A stretch of 64,000 bases of DNA from Promethearchaeia archaeon (GTDB lineage Archaea; Asgardarchaeota; Lokiarchaeia; Sigyniarchaeales; SOKP01), in the NCBI GenBank assembly GCA_029856125.1, contig JAHQWJ010000009.1, positions 1 to 64,000 on the forward strand. The letters are read 5' to 3'. A program made the position numbers and the translations under genes. Below are positions 40,001 to 49,534 of the stretch, one piece after another. The first letter of the stretch is position 1; each line of letters opens with the position of its first letter. The notes under the pieces are model-generated. The model saw nothing but the letters and a program-made list of their open reading frames with translations. It did no database searches and was not told the origin of the DNA.

Positions 40001-41275
40001 GAAAACATTCTCTTGGTTTGCTTTAATAACAATAAAATAATTGCTGAGACCTAAGTTTTGTGTGTTTGCAGGATTGAACTCGAAATACGATAAAGAGTCC
40101 CCATGATAATCGATATAATCAAAAATTTGGGAATCAATTAATTTGGCAGTATCAGGTTCTAAATTTTCTGCTATTAGATTTGATGATGTTCTAGCTATCG
40201 TTGCATTTGCTTCGTATAAGGTTATGTTTAACTCAGCAGTTAAAGCTTCAGTAAGGTTCAATGTTCTTATCCAGGCATAGAATCCGTTTACGCTTGAACT
40301 TTTCCCCTTTAAGTCAAATTCCAAAGCAACCTGATTACTATCGGTGATTGGTAAATCAAATCCGTAAGTAGAGGCCAATTTAAATTCTTCTAATGTAAGG
40401 ATAAAGTCAGTTGTATCAATTCTGTCAAAATAGAACTGTATTTGGCTTATATCTGACGCATTAATATAATTTAAATTTTCATTAATGAACTTATTTTCAA
40501 AGTCTTGCGTACCTAAGTTACTATCTATGAAAAAGGGGTCAACTACACTTATCCAAGATGAGCTTGATATATCATATATTTTAAGCGTTAAAGTAACATT
40601 CATGTTGATACTGCCTGAAAATTGCGAAATTAGCCCTAATATGTACGATTTATCAAAATTGACATCGAATAAGGGTCCATCATAAATCGTACTTGCGAAG
40701 TTTGATGCTATTGTGAAATTTAAAACGCCATTAGACGAATTTAATAACACATAAGTTGAAGGGATTCCGTCTACTAAATTATTAAAATCTATTGTATTAA
40801 GATTTTCACCAGTATTAATCTTCATAGAAGAAGCGTCTTCGTTATATATAAAATCAATAAAATCATCTGCTTCAAAGGCGTTCGTATCTTCAATAATATA
40901 ATCGGTCGTGAAGTTATTCTGGAATGTAAAATTAAAATTTCCATATGTCAGATAAGTTGATTCTGTCGTTGACATAGATGGAATATCAAAGGAATTTTGA
41001 TTGTTATCGTTTGAAAATGAATTATTTAAAGCGTAAATTCTTACCTCTTGATTATCTCCTGTACCTGATATGATATAATCTGTTAGATACGGATCGATAT
41101 CGGAAGTTAGAATATTTGTTTCATCAATTGACCAATCATATTGTTGGTTATTGTTCATATCTACATTAAAGTCACTCAATATCAGAGTATTTACTAACAT
41201 CATTGAAAAGATGAATATACTCGCAAATAAAATTCTTTTTCCCTTCTTTGTTCGTCGTAAAATCAAATTAACCAA
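37064..41275 (-). CDS. Large secreted/surface glycoprotein with C-terminal TM and Lys-rich cytoplasmic tail
   Basis: N-terminal signal/TM, many N-x-S/T sequons, beta-rich Ig-like segments, TM near residue 1300, KKTKKRSKKKKQKK tail. Confidence 0.8.
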   Translation of the reverse strand: MVNLILRRTKKGKRILFASIFIFSMMLVNTLILSDFNVDMNNNQQYDWSIDETNILTSDIDPYLTDYIISGTGDNQEVRIYALNNSFSNDNNQNSFDIPSMSTTESTYLTYGNFNFTFQNNFTTDYIIEDTNAFEADDFIDFIYNEDASSMKINTGENLNTIDFNNLVDGIPSTYVLLNSSNGVLNFTIASNFASTIYDGPLFDVNFDKSYILGLISQFSGSINMNVTLTLKIYDISSSSWISVVDPFFIDSNLGTQDFENKFINENLNYINASDISQIQFYFDRIDTTDFILTLEEFKLASTYGFDLPITDSNQVALEFDLKGKSSSVNGFYAWIRTLNLTEALTAELNITLYEANATIARTSSNLIAENLEPDTAKLIDSQIFDYIDYHGDSLSYFEFNPANTQNLGLSNYFIVIKANQENVFSLVTIPREDFGDPDLTVDHQLRTSSNSGLSWNVARKQVIATPTYDSQILDAAAFKLNVTRAYMPSDFTNPDDSQDTLKIQDIPIINQINNSAPYDTSSSLTWGLGQWDYNFTTSIANNPSYNFQIDLTWNNSKIQGFNFNVTYMVKGYWIEQANSAYRVSYDTTPIWELNYTLNTGYKNFDNWNLLEFWYLFPSDYNAKNLTNPNSVEIFENVVNETGGEKPLPNRPSFEFISVSNDIIDGISGIYSLNLTSSNLISDMNSYINYNDILWETNGFMYGDNVSVKLDISDPNSNPPISGNANVVLFYPNNSTKVPGAELNSGSGIINGNSLIYDFNNQSIYDVTNAIPVLGNYYLGFFWENGSAIGCQKLKLFINKYDVEMNNLIFQPTLNQNILDGSVVRVDADEEYSILIGTVNVTDDKYYPLFYAVNKTDINQEFIHTVGDNDIPILIESFLQNETILNPNENIRISTRIQNMHDFIDIDLRVNVQLVSLVNQEWIIAEQTTDLKTLKPSIDPDGEDTQDFSVDIAIPTLPGDGIWHGVNAPIRKGGAKTRVTIFIEYGGESYEVDTFESDEYSLIINSTEDVFEGYIIALKSDSDITAATITKPFERDECQYLPNQTTFIINIYDRNYVSSYNEFIDSFSLKINSDFTEIQTLPQAPIYGQSFNISSVLKTELGDIIPNKNVTCQFYDNGIWKNISTQISDIDGITNFEIDTLSLPSDDQFKFRLTWQGDQYTLENSRNVTVLLYRALNDIALELRSNVDQIYRNAQTTIQLTLKNIGDSELRVIVPDISIGVLPNLTYSIVEIDYLTLGQFKPGDITVILIKIDVPTIDLINVSVSLGVKNDITDEELTFQVSKLFEIYDVQLADYFLNIFTLFMISIFILIWGIMYFYIKRTTKRIETPYEEPDIRKQRKGKYVAVSELPKEEIPETQPIDYTEKKTKKRSKKKKQKKPEAEKKDTPPATDLDSLLEEKGLKD

Positions 41276-41429
41276 CTGTAATTGTCAATATTTTAGTTAT
41301 TAAATAATCTAAGAATATTAAAATTTGCTAATTATATATTAAATTTATTCGATAGATTACTTTATGTTAAAATATTAAGATAATAAGTACGATCAGAGAA
41401 TAAATTCACATATAAGGTAGAAAGATTAA

Positions 41430-42788
41430 ATGAGTGTAGAAACTATCATAGCCAAAATTGAGCAGAATAAAGAGATATATGTTGAATTTCTTAGGACGCT
41501 TATTCAATGTGATTCTGTCAACCCACCGGGAAATGAAAAAAATGTAGCACTGGTTATTGAAGAATTCTTAAAAGATGTAAACATTAAAACGGAAATTTTT
41601 CCCTTTGGAAATAATCGCGCAAATCTAATAGCTTATTTAAATGAAAATTTTGAAGGAAAAAATCTGCTATATAACGGGCATATGGACGTTGTCCCTCCAG
41701 GATCCGAAAAGGATTGGAAACATCCCCCTTTCTCGGCTTTAGTTAAACGCAATAAAACTATGTTTGGCAGAGGTACTACTGATATGAAAGGAGGGTTAGC
41801 CGCTATGGTTATTGCTTTAAAAGTTTTAAAAGAGTTAAAATTAGATGTATCGGGAAATTTAATTCTAAACGGCGTGGCTGATGAGGAAACAGGGGGAAAA
41901 TTTGGAACCGGTTGGTGTGTCGAAAACCCCCTAAAGGAGATAAAATGTGATTTTACGATTATTGGAGAGGCTACAGAACTTAATCCACTTCCAAAAGGTA
42001 TTTTTGTAGGGGAAAAAGGCCATCTTCAGGTAAAAATAATTACAAATGGTATTTCTGGTCATTCTGGAATGCCTGCAATGAGTAAGAATGCAATTTACAT
42101 GATGAGCGAAATTATTGAAAACTTAGATAAACTTGATAATTATATTCCTAAAACAGAACCACCAATGAGTATGGATAAACTCAAGAAATTAATTAATGTG
42201 GTTTTTCCAAGCGAGGAAATTTTTGAAAGAATTCTAAAGGAACAACCTGATCTACAAAGTATTATTCACTCCCTAACAACCTTTTCTAAAGCGTTAACAA
42301 TGATAAAAGGTGGAATTAAACTAAACGTAATTCCTGATTTATGTGAAGCAGTTCTTGATATCAGACTATTGCCTAAACAAAAAATTGAAACCATTATGAA
42401 GGCGTTACAAAAACTGATTGAAGAAGACTTAGGTTATGTAGTTAAAGATCAACCAACTGCTACTTCAAAAGAAGTTTTCGTTGAGTTAGAAATTATTAGA
42501 TACGGTGAAGGGTCTTATTGGAGCCAATGGGAGGATTCTGTCGATCTACAAGAGTTTTACGATCTTGTTGAAACAATTTACGAAAAGAAGCCTTTTTACT
42601 TTCTATTACCCGCTTCTGCTGACGCTCATTATTTACGTAACGACGGTTTTTGCCCACAAACTATCATATTTGGACCGGGTAAAGGAAGAACCGCTCACGC
42701 AATTGATGAAAATATTGAAATATTAGATTTTATTAGAGCAATAAAGGTTTATGCGATTTTTGCTTACAAATTTCTAAGTAAGAAATAA
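41430..42788 (+). CDS. M20 metallopeptidase (ArgE/DapE family)
   Basis: NGHMDVV, GRGTTDMKGG, DEETGG, AHAIDE. Confidence 0.93.
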   Translation: MSVETIIAKIEQNKEIYVEFLRTLIQCDSVNPPGNEKNVALVIEEFLKDVNIKTEIFPFGNNRANLIAYLNENFEGKNLLYNGHMDVVPPGSEKDWKHPPFSALVKRNKTMFGRGTTDMKGGLAAMVIALKVLKELKLDVSGNLILNGVADEETGGKFGTGWCVENPLKEIKCDFTIIGEATELNPLPKGIFVGEKGHLQVKIITNGISGHSGMPAMSKNAIYMMSEIIENLDKLDNYIPKTEPPMSMDKLKKLINVVFPSEEIFERILKEQPDLQSIIHSLTTFSKALTMIKGGIKLNVIPDLCEAVLDIRLLPKQKIETIMKALQKLIEEDLGYVVKDQPTATSKEVFVELEIIRYGEGSYWSQWEDSVDLQEFYDLVETIYEKKPFYFLLPASADAHYLRNDGFCPQTIIFGPGKGRTAHAIDENIEILDFIRAIKVYAIFAYKFLSKK

Positions 42789-42897
42789 TTTAATTTGAAA
42801 TAAAAATGTCAACAATTTCACACGTGAATAGTAATCTATTTAAGGTCTTTTTTTTTAATAGTTTTAAATTCATTGAATTTTTAATGGCAATAAGGTA

Positions 42898-44073
42898 ATG
42901 CAAGATTTAATAAAAATAGAGGATTGCGTAGTTCTTATAGATTCTTCGAGATCTATGGTTAGGAAAGATTTTAAACCTAATCGTCTATTAGCTGCACTGG
43001 AAACAGCAAAAAACTTTATTCACGAGAAATTTATAATAGATCCGAAGGATAGAATAGCAATTCTATCTTTTGGTGCCACGATCAAGAAACTTTGTTCATT
43101 TAGTTATGATGAAGAACAATTGGTTAAATCGTTAGAAAAAATCCAAGTTTCTGGTATTGGTTTGCTTGACGAGGGATTAGCTTTCGCAATTCAATTTCTA
43201 GTGGGTGAAATGCGAAAATTAGGAGGTAAAACCAGTAGAATTTTTATTATATCAGACAATAAATTAGAATACAAAGAAAAAATCCAAAAGACAATTGATA
43301 TTGCTAAAGGTTTAGGAATTTATGTTGACGCTTGTCAATTGGGGAAAACCCAAGATTATTCTCAAAGCATCTTAAAAAAAATTGTAAGACTTACGGGAGG
43401 GCAATTTGGATTCTTTAACAATTCAAAGGCATTATTAAATGCCGGGGTGTCATTTGCATCAAAAAAAGAACTTAAGACCTCAACGGATTATTATTCGCAA
43501 GATAAAAAAAGCGATTTGGCGCCCATGATAAGTGATATAGCGCTACAATTGAGAAGACCTAGCGTTTTAGATATAAGGCTAATGATGGGTAATAAAGAGA
43601 GAGGCCAAGAAAAATGTCAAATCTGTCACTCTGTAAAAGCACCAATAACGAGTTCAGATTTTTTTAGTGAAGGTCGATACTGTCCTTCCTGTGAACGCCC
43701 AATGCACCTTTCGTGTGCTGCTATGTGGGCAAAGAAATCTGAATATAAAGAGAATGTGTTTAGATGTCCGTTCTGTTTCTTTTTGTTGGAACTTCCGCCA
43801 GCAGCAGCTAAATTAATAGAAGAGAAAACTGAGGAAGAACCAAAAATCAAATTAATTGATGAAAGCGGTATAAACACAACACAAATGGCTTTAATTCCAG
43901 AATATGATGTTGAAGATATCAATTCGTCTTGCACGTATTGCCACAGTATTTTTTTGGGTGATTACAAGGTATTTCAATGTCAAAAATGCGCAGCTTATTA
44001 CCACGAACCATGTTTAAAGAAGATGCATTCTGAAATTAAGGCTTGTAGAGCTTGTGGAGCGCAAATCCTATAA
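42898..44073 (+). CDS. vWA domain plus two C4HC3 RING-like zinc fingers; TFIIH p44/Ssl1-like
   Basis: IDSSRSM..KDFKPNRL, GKTSRIFII, RLTGG; CQIC...CPSC....H..C...CPFC; CTYC...CQKC....H..C-x10-CRAC. Confidence 0.8.
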   Translation: MQDLIKIEDCVVLIDSSRSMVRKDFKPNRLLAALETAKNFIHEKFIIDPKDRIAILSFGATIKKLCSFSYDEEQLVKSLEKIQVSGIGLLDEGLAFAIQFLVGEMRKLGGKTSRIFIISDNKLEYKEKIQKTIDIAKGLGIYVDACQLGKTQDYSQSILKKIVRLTGGQFGFFNNSKALLNAGVSFASKKELKTSTDYYSQDKKSDLAPMISDIALQLRRPSVLDIRLMMGNKERGQEKCQICHSVKAPITSSDFFSEGRYCPSCERPMHLSCAAMWAKKSEYKENVFRCPFCFFLLELPPAAAKLIEEKTEEEPKIKLIDESGINTTQMALIPEYDVEDINSSCTYCHSIFLGDYKVFQCQKCAAYYHEPCLKKMHSEIKACRACGAQIL

Positions 44074-44262
44074 GTATTAGTATTATTTTAGCAGAACCGT
44101 TAAAAAATTAAAATTGAATAAAAAGATACTGATTCTTAATGAGATACATTTCTCTCATAAAGTTGAAACACTAAAGTAGATTACTTTAACAATCATTATT
44201 AGTTATTATATATATAAGAAAAAACTCACGCTCGTCCAATTAAAAGAAGGTGGTAATACAAG

Positions 44263-46311
44263 ATGTCGAAGAATGAAATTACTAAATGGGTAATTACTTC
44301 AGCATGGCCCTATGTGAATGCTATACCTCACATAGGGAACATGATTGGAAGCGTCTTGTCCGCCGATGTATTTGCGAGGTTCTGTAGACTAAAGGGGGAT
44401 GATGTTGTATTTGTTTCTGGATCTGATTCTCATGGAACCCCCGTTGCGGTAGCAGCTAAGCAACAAAACATTCCCACGAAGGAATTAGCAATCAAGTATC
44501 ACAACATTATCAAAGAATTATTTGGAAAATGGCAAATCTCCTACGATAACTACACGATTACTCACAATCCAACTCATATCGATTTTGTGCAAAAATTTTA
44601 CCTGGATGTTCAGAAAAATGGATATGTCTTTGAAAAAGATTTAGAAATGCTTTATTGCGAGAATGATAAATTTTTTCTTCCAGATCGATTTGTCGAAGGA
44701 GTTTGCCCTCATTGTGGAGATGAAAACGCAAGAGGAGATCAATGTGATAAATGTCAGAAACTACTCACACCTGTAGAGTTGAAACAACCTCGTTGTGCCA
44801 TATGTGATAAGACTCCTATTCTCCGTAAAACAAAACACTGGTACTTGGATTTTCCTAAATTACAGGATCGACTGAAAGACTTAATAAACCAAAACGTAAT
44901 AATTCCACAAAATGCGCGAAAAATGTGTTTAAACAGCATAGCAGAAGGTATTCCAGAAAGAGCAATTACTAGAGATTTAGAGTGGGGGATCCCTGCGCCT
45001 TTTGAAGGTGCTGATAACAAAAGCATTTATGTTTGGTTTGAAGCAGTATTAGGATATGTTTCAGCGGTAAAAGAGTGGGCTGATAATATTGCTAAAGACG
45101 AGACAAAATACGATTATTTCTGGAAAGATCCAAATACGAGAACAGTCTTTTTTATTGGAAAAGATAATATTATTTTTCATCTAATTGTGTTTCCCGGTCT
45201 ACTTCTAGCTTTCAACGAAGATAAAAGCGATAACGAGAAATTAACACTACCATACAATGTGTCATCTACAGAATTTCTAAATTACGAAAACGAAAAACTT
45301 TCTAAATCAAGAGGAAATGGAATATGGATCGATGAGGCTTTAAAATTAGCTCCTTTGGATTATTGGCGCTTTACATTAGTATATAATCGCCCAGAAACGA
45401 GCGATACTTCATTTTTGTGGTCAGAATTTGAAAACAATATTAATACTTTAAATGATAATATCGGCAACTTTATCCATAGAACGCTAACTTTCATTGATAA
45501 ACAATTTGAAGGAAAAATTCCAAAAAAATTAGAAAATGATGATGTTGATATACAATTCATTGATCGCATAAATTCAATCAGTGAAGAAATCGGTGAAAGT
45601 ATACAGAATTTTAAATTAAGAAAAGCGTTAAGAGATATAGTTAATTTTGGAAAGGAAGGTAATGTTTATCTCAATGACAAAGCCCCTTGGCATTTAATTA
45701 AACAAAATAAGGATGCAGCTGGACACGTATTTAATATATGTGCTCAAGCTGTTTACGCATTCGGAGTTTTATTAAGTCCATTTATTCCTGGATCATCTGA
45801 AAAGATTCTTTCTTATCTGAATGTGCCAAATTCTAAGGATTTAGCTTGGGATAGTATAGATGAAAATGCTATTAGAGAAGGCTTGAAAATTAAAAAACCA
45901 AAGCCATTATTTCAAAAACTTGAGATTGATGATTTAAAAAAACGACTTGAAGAAATTAGAAAAAAGAGTGAAAAAAAAGGTGAGAAAGAGTTGGTGTCAT
46001 ACGAAGATTTTAAGAAACTAGATATTAGAATTGCTGTAATTGATAATGTTGAAAAGGTTCCTAAAGCAGACAAATTGTATAAATTATCTATTTCCTTAGG
46101 GGAAGAAAAGAGAACTTTAGTTGCGGGTTTAGCGGAACAATACAAAATCGAAGAGTTAAAAGGTAAAAGTATTGCTATATTAGCAAATTTAGAACCTAGG
46201 AAATTGAGAGGGATTTTAAGCGAAGGAATGCTTCTTGCAGCTGTAGATGGGAAGAAAGTATCTATCTTAACACCAGATAGAGATATTCCCGCCGGAGCTA
46301 AAATTGAATGA
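44263..46311 (+). CDS. metG: Methionyl-tRNA synthetase with C-terminal tRNA-binding domain
   Basis: AWPYVNAIPHIGN, GSDSHGT, Zn knuckles, YVWFEA, KLSKS, C-terminal Trbp111-like domain. Confidence 0.97.
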   Translation: MSKNEITKWVITSAWPYVNAIPHIGNMIGSVLSADVFARFCRLKGDDVVFVSGSDSHGTPVAVAAKQQNIPTKELAIKYHNIIKELFGKWQISYDNYTITHNPTHIDFVQKFYLDVQKNGYVFEKDLEMLYCENDKFFLPDRFVEGVCPHCGDENARGDQCDKCQKLLTPVELKQPRCAICDKTPILRKTKHWYLDFPKLQDRLKDLINQNVIIPQNARKMCLNSIAEGIPERAITRDLEWGIPAPFEGADNKSIYVWFEAVLGYVSAVKEWADNIAKDETKYDYFWKDPNTRTVFFIGKDNIIFHLIVFPGLLLAFNEDKSDNEKLTLPYNVSSTEFLNYENEKLSKSRGNGIWIDEALKLAPLDYWRFTLVYNRPETSDTSFLWSEFENNINTLNDNIGNFIHRTLTFIDKQFEGKIPKKLENDDVDIQFIDRINSISEEIGESIQNFKLRKALRDIVNFGKEGNVYLNDKAPWHLIKQNKDAAGHVFNICAQAVYAFGVLLSPFIPGSSEKILSYLNVPNSKDLAWDSIDENAIREGLKIKKPKPLFQKLEIDDLKKRLEEIRKKSEKKGEKELVSYEDFKKLDIRIAVIDNVEKVPKADKLYKLSISLGEEKRTLVAGLAEQYKIEELKGKSIAILANLEPRKLRGILSEGMLLAAVDGKKVSILTPDRDIPAGAKIE

Positions 46312-46312
46312 A

Positions 46313-47557
46313 TTACAGTTTTAGAGAGAATATAGGATTTAGTCGAGCAATAATTTCACCGAGTTCTAATTGAATGGATTTGAGGATAACATCTCTTCCT
46401 CTGTATTCGAATTGTAATTCCTTTACATTTCTCACGATTTTTAATTTTTTTGTATCTTTTTCTAGTTCGCACGCAAAATATCTTTGATACTTGTATTCTA
46501 AAACTTTTTGAACTCTCCTTACATCAGGTAGCATGTATCCTCCACCGTGAGGTAGTACGTCAGCGTTGCTCAGCAAGTCTAGAAGCTCTAAATTTTCAGC
46601 TCTATTGAAAAAATCGTTGTTTCTTAATGCAGTTCTCGAAAAGCTCTTTTTACCCTTCCAAAGATAACAAGCCAAATCGGCGCGTAAGGCAGTAGGGAAA
46701 ATATTAGTGCGAAGGTTGTAGTTTTCTATGTCAGTACAATTACTTCCTAAATACATATTATTAAAATCTTTTAAGAATTGGTGTGGAGTGTTACATATTA
46801 CTTTGTAATCAGGATTAAAAATCTTGCTAGCTATCATTTCTCTCTTCTTATTTGAAAAATGAAGTGCTTTTTTATTAAATTCAAGATATTCAACTGCATC
46901 GGAGTCTAATAATATATGTTGTTTTCCAAAAATTGTCTGTTCTTCAGTAGCACGTTCTTTTAATGACTTCGAAGTGTCAACATACAGACCAATTCCATGC
47001 TTATCGTCGCGAAATTCAGGAGCAGAGCCGTGAATCATGAACATATACGGGGGGAAGTTTGCATCAGATAGGTTCTTCGTTTCAAAACAATTAATAAAGT
47101 GATTAGAAACACCATAATCCCAATTAATTAATATATCATCGTAATATAATTCGGTACTCTTTACAGTGTCTATTTTTTTTATAATGTCGTAAGGATCAGG
47201 TAACTCTTCTAATCCTCCTACTAATAATCCACAACAATTAGGCTTAACATTTAAGAATATTAATTTATCGTCCCCATCTCCCCAATTTAATCTTCCACCA
47301 TACCCTAATCCAGAATTCCAACGGAAATTATTTCTTGAAATCGTCTCATCAGGGGAGGAAATAAAGGTTGCTTTAGGTTTAAAACCGTATTTTTCTTGAA
47401 TAAGATGGAATTGAGCTAAACCATATTTCATGTTTGCTTTACACAGTTTCGAAGCGCCGTCATTCAATCCCGAAGAAAAAATGAATTCTTTTGCCCTCTG
47501 AAGTAAATCTTCCTTTAACAGTTCACCTATTTTATTGGACAATCTAATTGAACCCAT
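46313..47557 (-). CDS. Divergent RtcB-like RNA ligase-fold protein
   Basis: Ordered motifs SPD, PNCCG, SNHF, IHGS, PHQ, PHGGG. Confidence 0.6.
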   Translation of the reverse strand: MGSIRLSNKIGELLKEDLLQRAKEFIFSSGLNDGASKLCKANMKYGLAQFHLIQEKYGFKPKATFISSPDETISRNNFRWNSGLGYGGRLNWGDGDDKLIFLNVKPNCCGLLVGGLEELPDPYDIIKKIDTVKSTELYYDDILINWDYGVSNHFINCFETKNLSDANFPPYMFMIHGSAPEFRDDKHGIGLYVDTSKSLKERATEEQTIFGKQHILLDSDAVEYLEFNKKALHFSNKKREMIASKIFNPDYKVICNTPHQFLKDFNNMYLGSNCTDIENYNLRTNIFPTALRADLACYLWKGKKSFSRTALRNNDFFNRAENLELLDLLSNADVLPHGGGYMLPDVRRVQKVLEYKYQRYFACELEKDTKKLKIVRNVKELQFEYRGRDVILKSIQLELGEIIARLNPIFSLKL

Positions 47558-47634
47558 ACTAATTATATAGTATTATACTTATACTTATATATACAATCCT
47601 ATCTTTCGTATTAAGGAAAAGCTAACTTGATTCA

Positions 47635-48282
47635 ATGCTAATTATGAGTAATACCGAAAACATTATCATATACGATTCTGTGAAAGGCATAAATTTAGAA
47701 GGAGACTTCCAAGGATCGATAATTACGCGATGCAAGGATGACAACAATTCCATTATTTTCTCAGACAAAGTAAAAATATCCGATTCAGAGGGTATTTTCA
47801 TTAATAATGGCCTCAGAGTTGGATTCGAATTAATTTACGATAAAAAAATAGCATTTTCTCGAAAGATAGAGGCGCAGTGGTACGAGGATTTTGAATCGAT
47901 TGAATATTCAATCTTAATATCAGAAGATCTCATGCAAGTTTACGATGAAGGTCAGTTTTCTGACGCTTTTCCTTACACATTGAACAAGTTAAACACTGCC
48001 GCCCTGTATTTAGACGATTATAAATATGGAATTAATCATCTGGAATTTTTTAGAGAAGAAATGCTCAGGAATCCCGTGTCATTAGTAGGAAATGGTGTTA
48101 TCTTAGCTGATAGGGTAGTAATTGATGAAAGAATAGATCCGGTGTTCTATGATTGTTTGATCGTGGGACGCGATGAAAACGAAAATCTCCTCGTTTCCTT
48201 TGAGCCTTACATGAATGTAAAAAAGTCGTTAACTGATGTGAAATATATTATAATCCTTGGAATTGAAGAATTAAAGCTATAA
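47635..48282 (+). CDS. Hypothetical protein
   Basis: 215-aa ORF, 13 bp upstream of the ATPase gene. Confidence 0.7.
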   Translation: MLIMSNTENIIIYDSVKGINLEGDFQGSIITRCKDDNNSIIFSDKVKISDSEGIFINNGLRVGFELIYDKKIAFSRKIEAQWYEDFESIEYSILISEDLMQVYDEGQFSDAFPYTLNKLNTAALYLDDYKYGINHLEFFREEMLRNPVSLVGNGVILADRVVIDERIDPVFYDCLIVGRDENENLLVSFEPYMNVKKSLTDVKYIIILGIEELKL

Positions 48283-48295
48283 GTTTTTTTTAAAC

Positions 48296-49528
48296 ATGAT
48301 ATTATACGAAAATAAAAAAGAATTATTGCTCAATGTAATCAAATGGGGGAATAACCCTTTTAAAAAATTTGTTAGTACGGGTGAGATTAAAGAGGATATA
48401 GATTTAGTTAATTCGAGAATAAGCCTAATTCATAAAATTAAAGAACTAGTAGAAAATGAGACTACTTTTATTCTTCCTATCATTGGAGGTGTAGGTTCTG
48501 GAAAGACCCACCTATTTTGGGCTTTAAGAAATAATCTTTATTATTACAATACGATCTATATTTCACTTGAGTACGTTTATAAAAAGCTTTTTTCTAATAT
48601 TTATTCCGAATTTATAGAAAACCTTGAAATAGAGCCTTTGAAATTTATCATAAATCAATTGTGTGACAAATGGGGTGCATTAGAAAGAAAATTTGGATTC
48701 TTTCATGTCGTAGATATCGAAAAAGTGCAAAAATTCGCTTTCGAACAGCTATCAAATAAATATAACGAAGTAGAACCTGAAACGCTAAAGGACGTGATAA
48801 ATGGAATTACTATCCATCAGTTAGATCCTTATAAAAAAATCGAAGCAGAGAGGTGGTTACTCGGCGAACTAATGGATGCTAAGGAATTATCAACTCTAAA
48901 TCTCACTCACGATCTTCGCAAAGGGAAAAATGCTTATTTAATGCTACAACTTCTCGTTGAAAACTCCAAATCAGGGACAATTTTATTTATAGACGATTTT
49001 GGAAAGATAATTTCAATTATAAGCACACGATCTGAACAAGCCGAGGAGGTTTTCGATCCTAGTTGGTTATATGGAACCGAAGTGTCTCCAAACGATATCG
49101 CTGCTGATAAAATATTTAATAAAATAGTTCAGCTTCAAAAAATTGAGGGTTTGCGTGTAATTATTACTTTGAAATCAAAGGAAGCTTTAGAAGAAATCAG
49201 GACCAAATATAGTGAAAAAAACCCTGAACTTTTATCCTCTATAAGAGAACCACTTTATATTTCGGAATTCAAAGAGGAAGATGTTTTCGAGTTATACAAT
49301 AGTACAATGAGCAAGTTCTATGAAAGCATCGATAATACCGATTTTAGCAAGGCGTTTCAAAACCCTTATTACCCGTTAAATAAGCGTACTATAAAGTATG
49401 TATTTGAAAGAGCTGAAGGTAATCCAAGAGCGATAATAAAATTATTAATAAAAATTTTCAACGAGATAATATATTCAAATGAATCTATTGAAAGCATCCT
49501 CAAAGATTACGAAAATATTAGTAATTAA
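48296..49528 (+). CDS. P-loop ATPase, BrxD/STAND-like
   Basis: Walker A GGVGSGKT, WLLGE, Walker B ILFIDD, PYYP, GNPR. Confidence 0.75.
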   Translation: MILYENKKELLLNVIKWGNNPFKKFVSTGEIKEDIDLVNSRISLIHKIKELVENETTFILPIIGGVGSGKTHLFWALRNNLYYYNTIYISLEYVYKKLFSNIYSEFIENLEIEPLKFIINQLCDKWGALERKFGFFHVVDIEKVQKFAFEQLSNKYNEVEPETLKDVINGITIHQLDPYKKIEAERWLLGELMDAKELSTLNLTHDLRKGKNAYLMLQLLVENSKSGTILFIDDFGKIISIISTRSEQAEEVFDPSWLYGTEVSPNDIAADKIFNKIVQLQKIEGLRVIITLKSKEALEEIRTKYSEKNPELLSSIREPLYISEFKEEDVFELYNSTMSKFYESIDNTDFSKAFQNPYYPLNKRTIKYVFERAEGNPRAIIKLLIKIFNEIIYSNESIESILKDYENISN

Positions 49529-49534
49529 CTTAAC

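Noticed and set aside
48296-49528. Complete BREX defence system
   Set aside because: Only a BrxD-like ATPase is present; no methyltransferase, PglZ or helicase nearby
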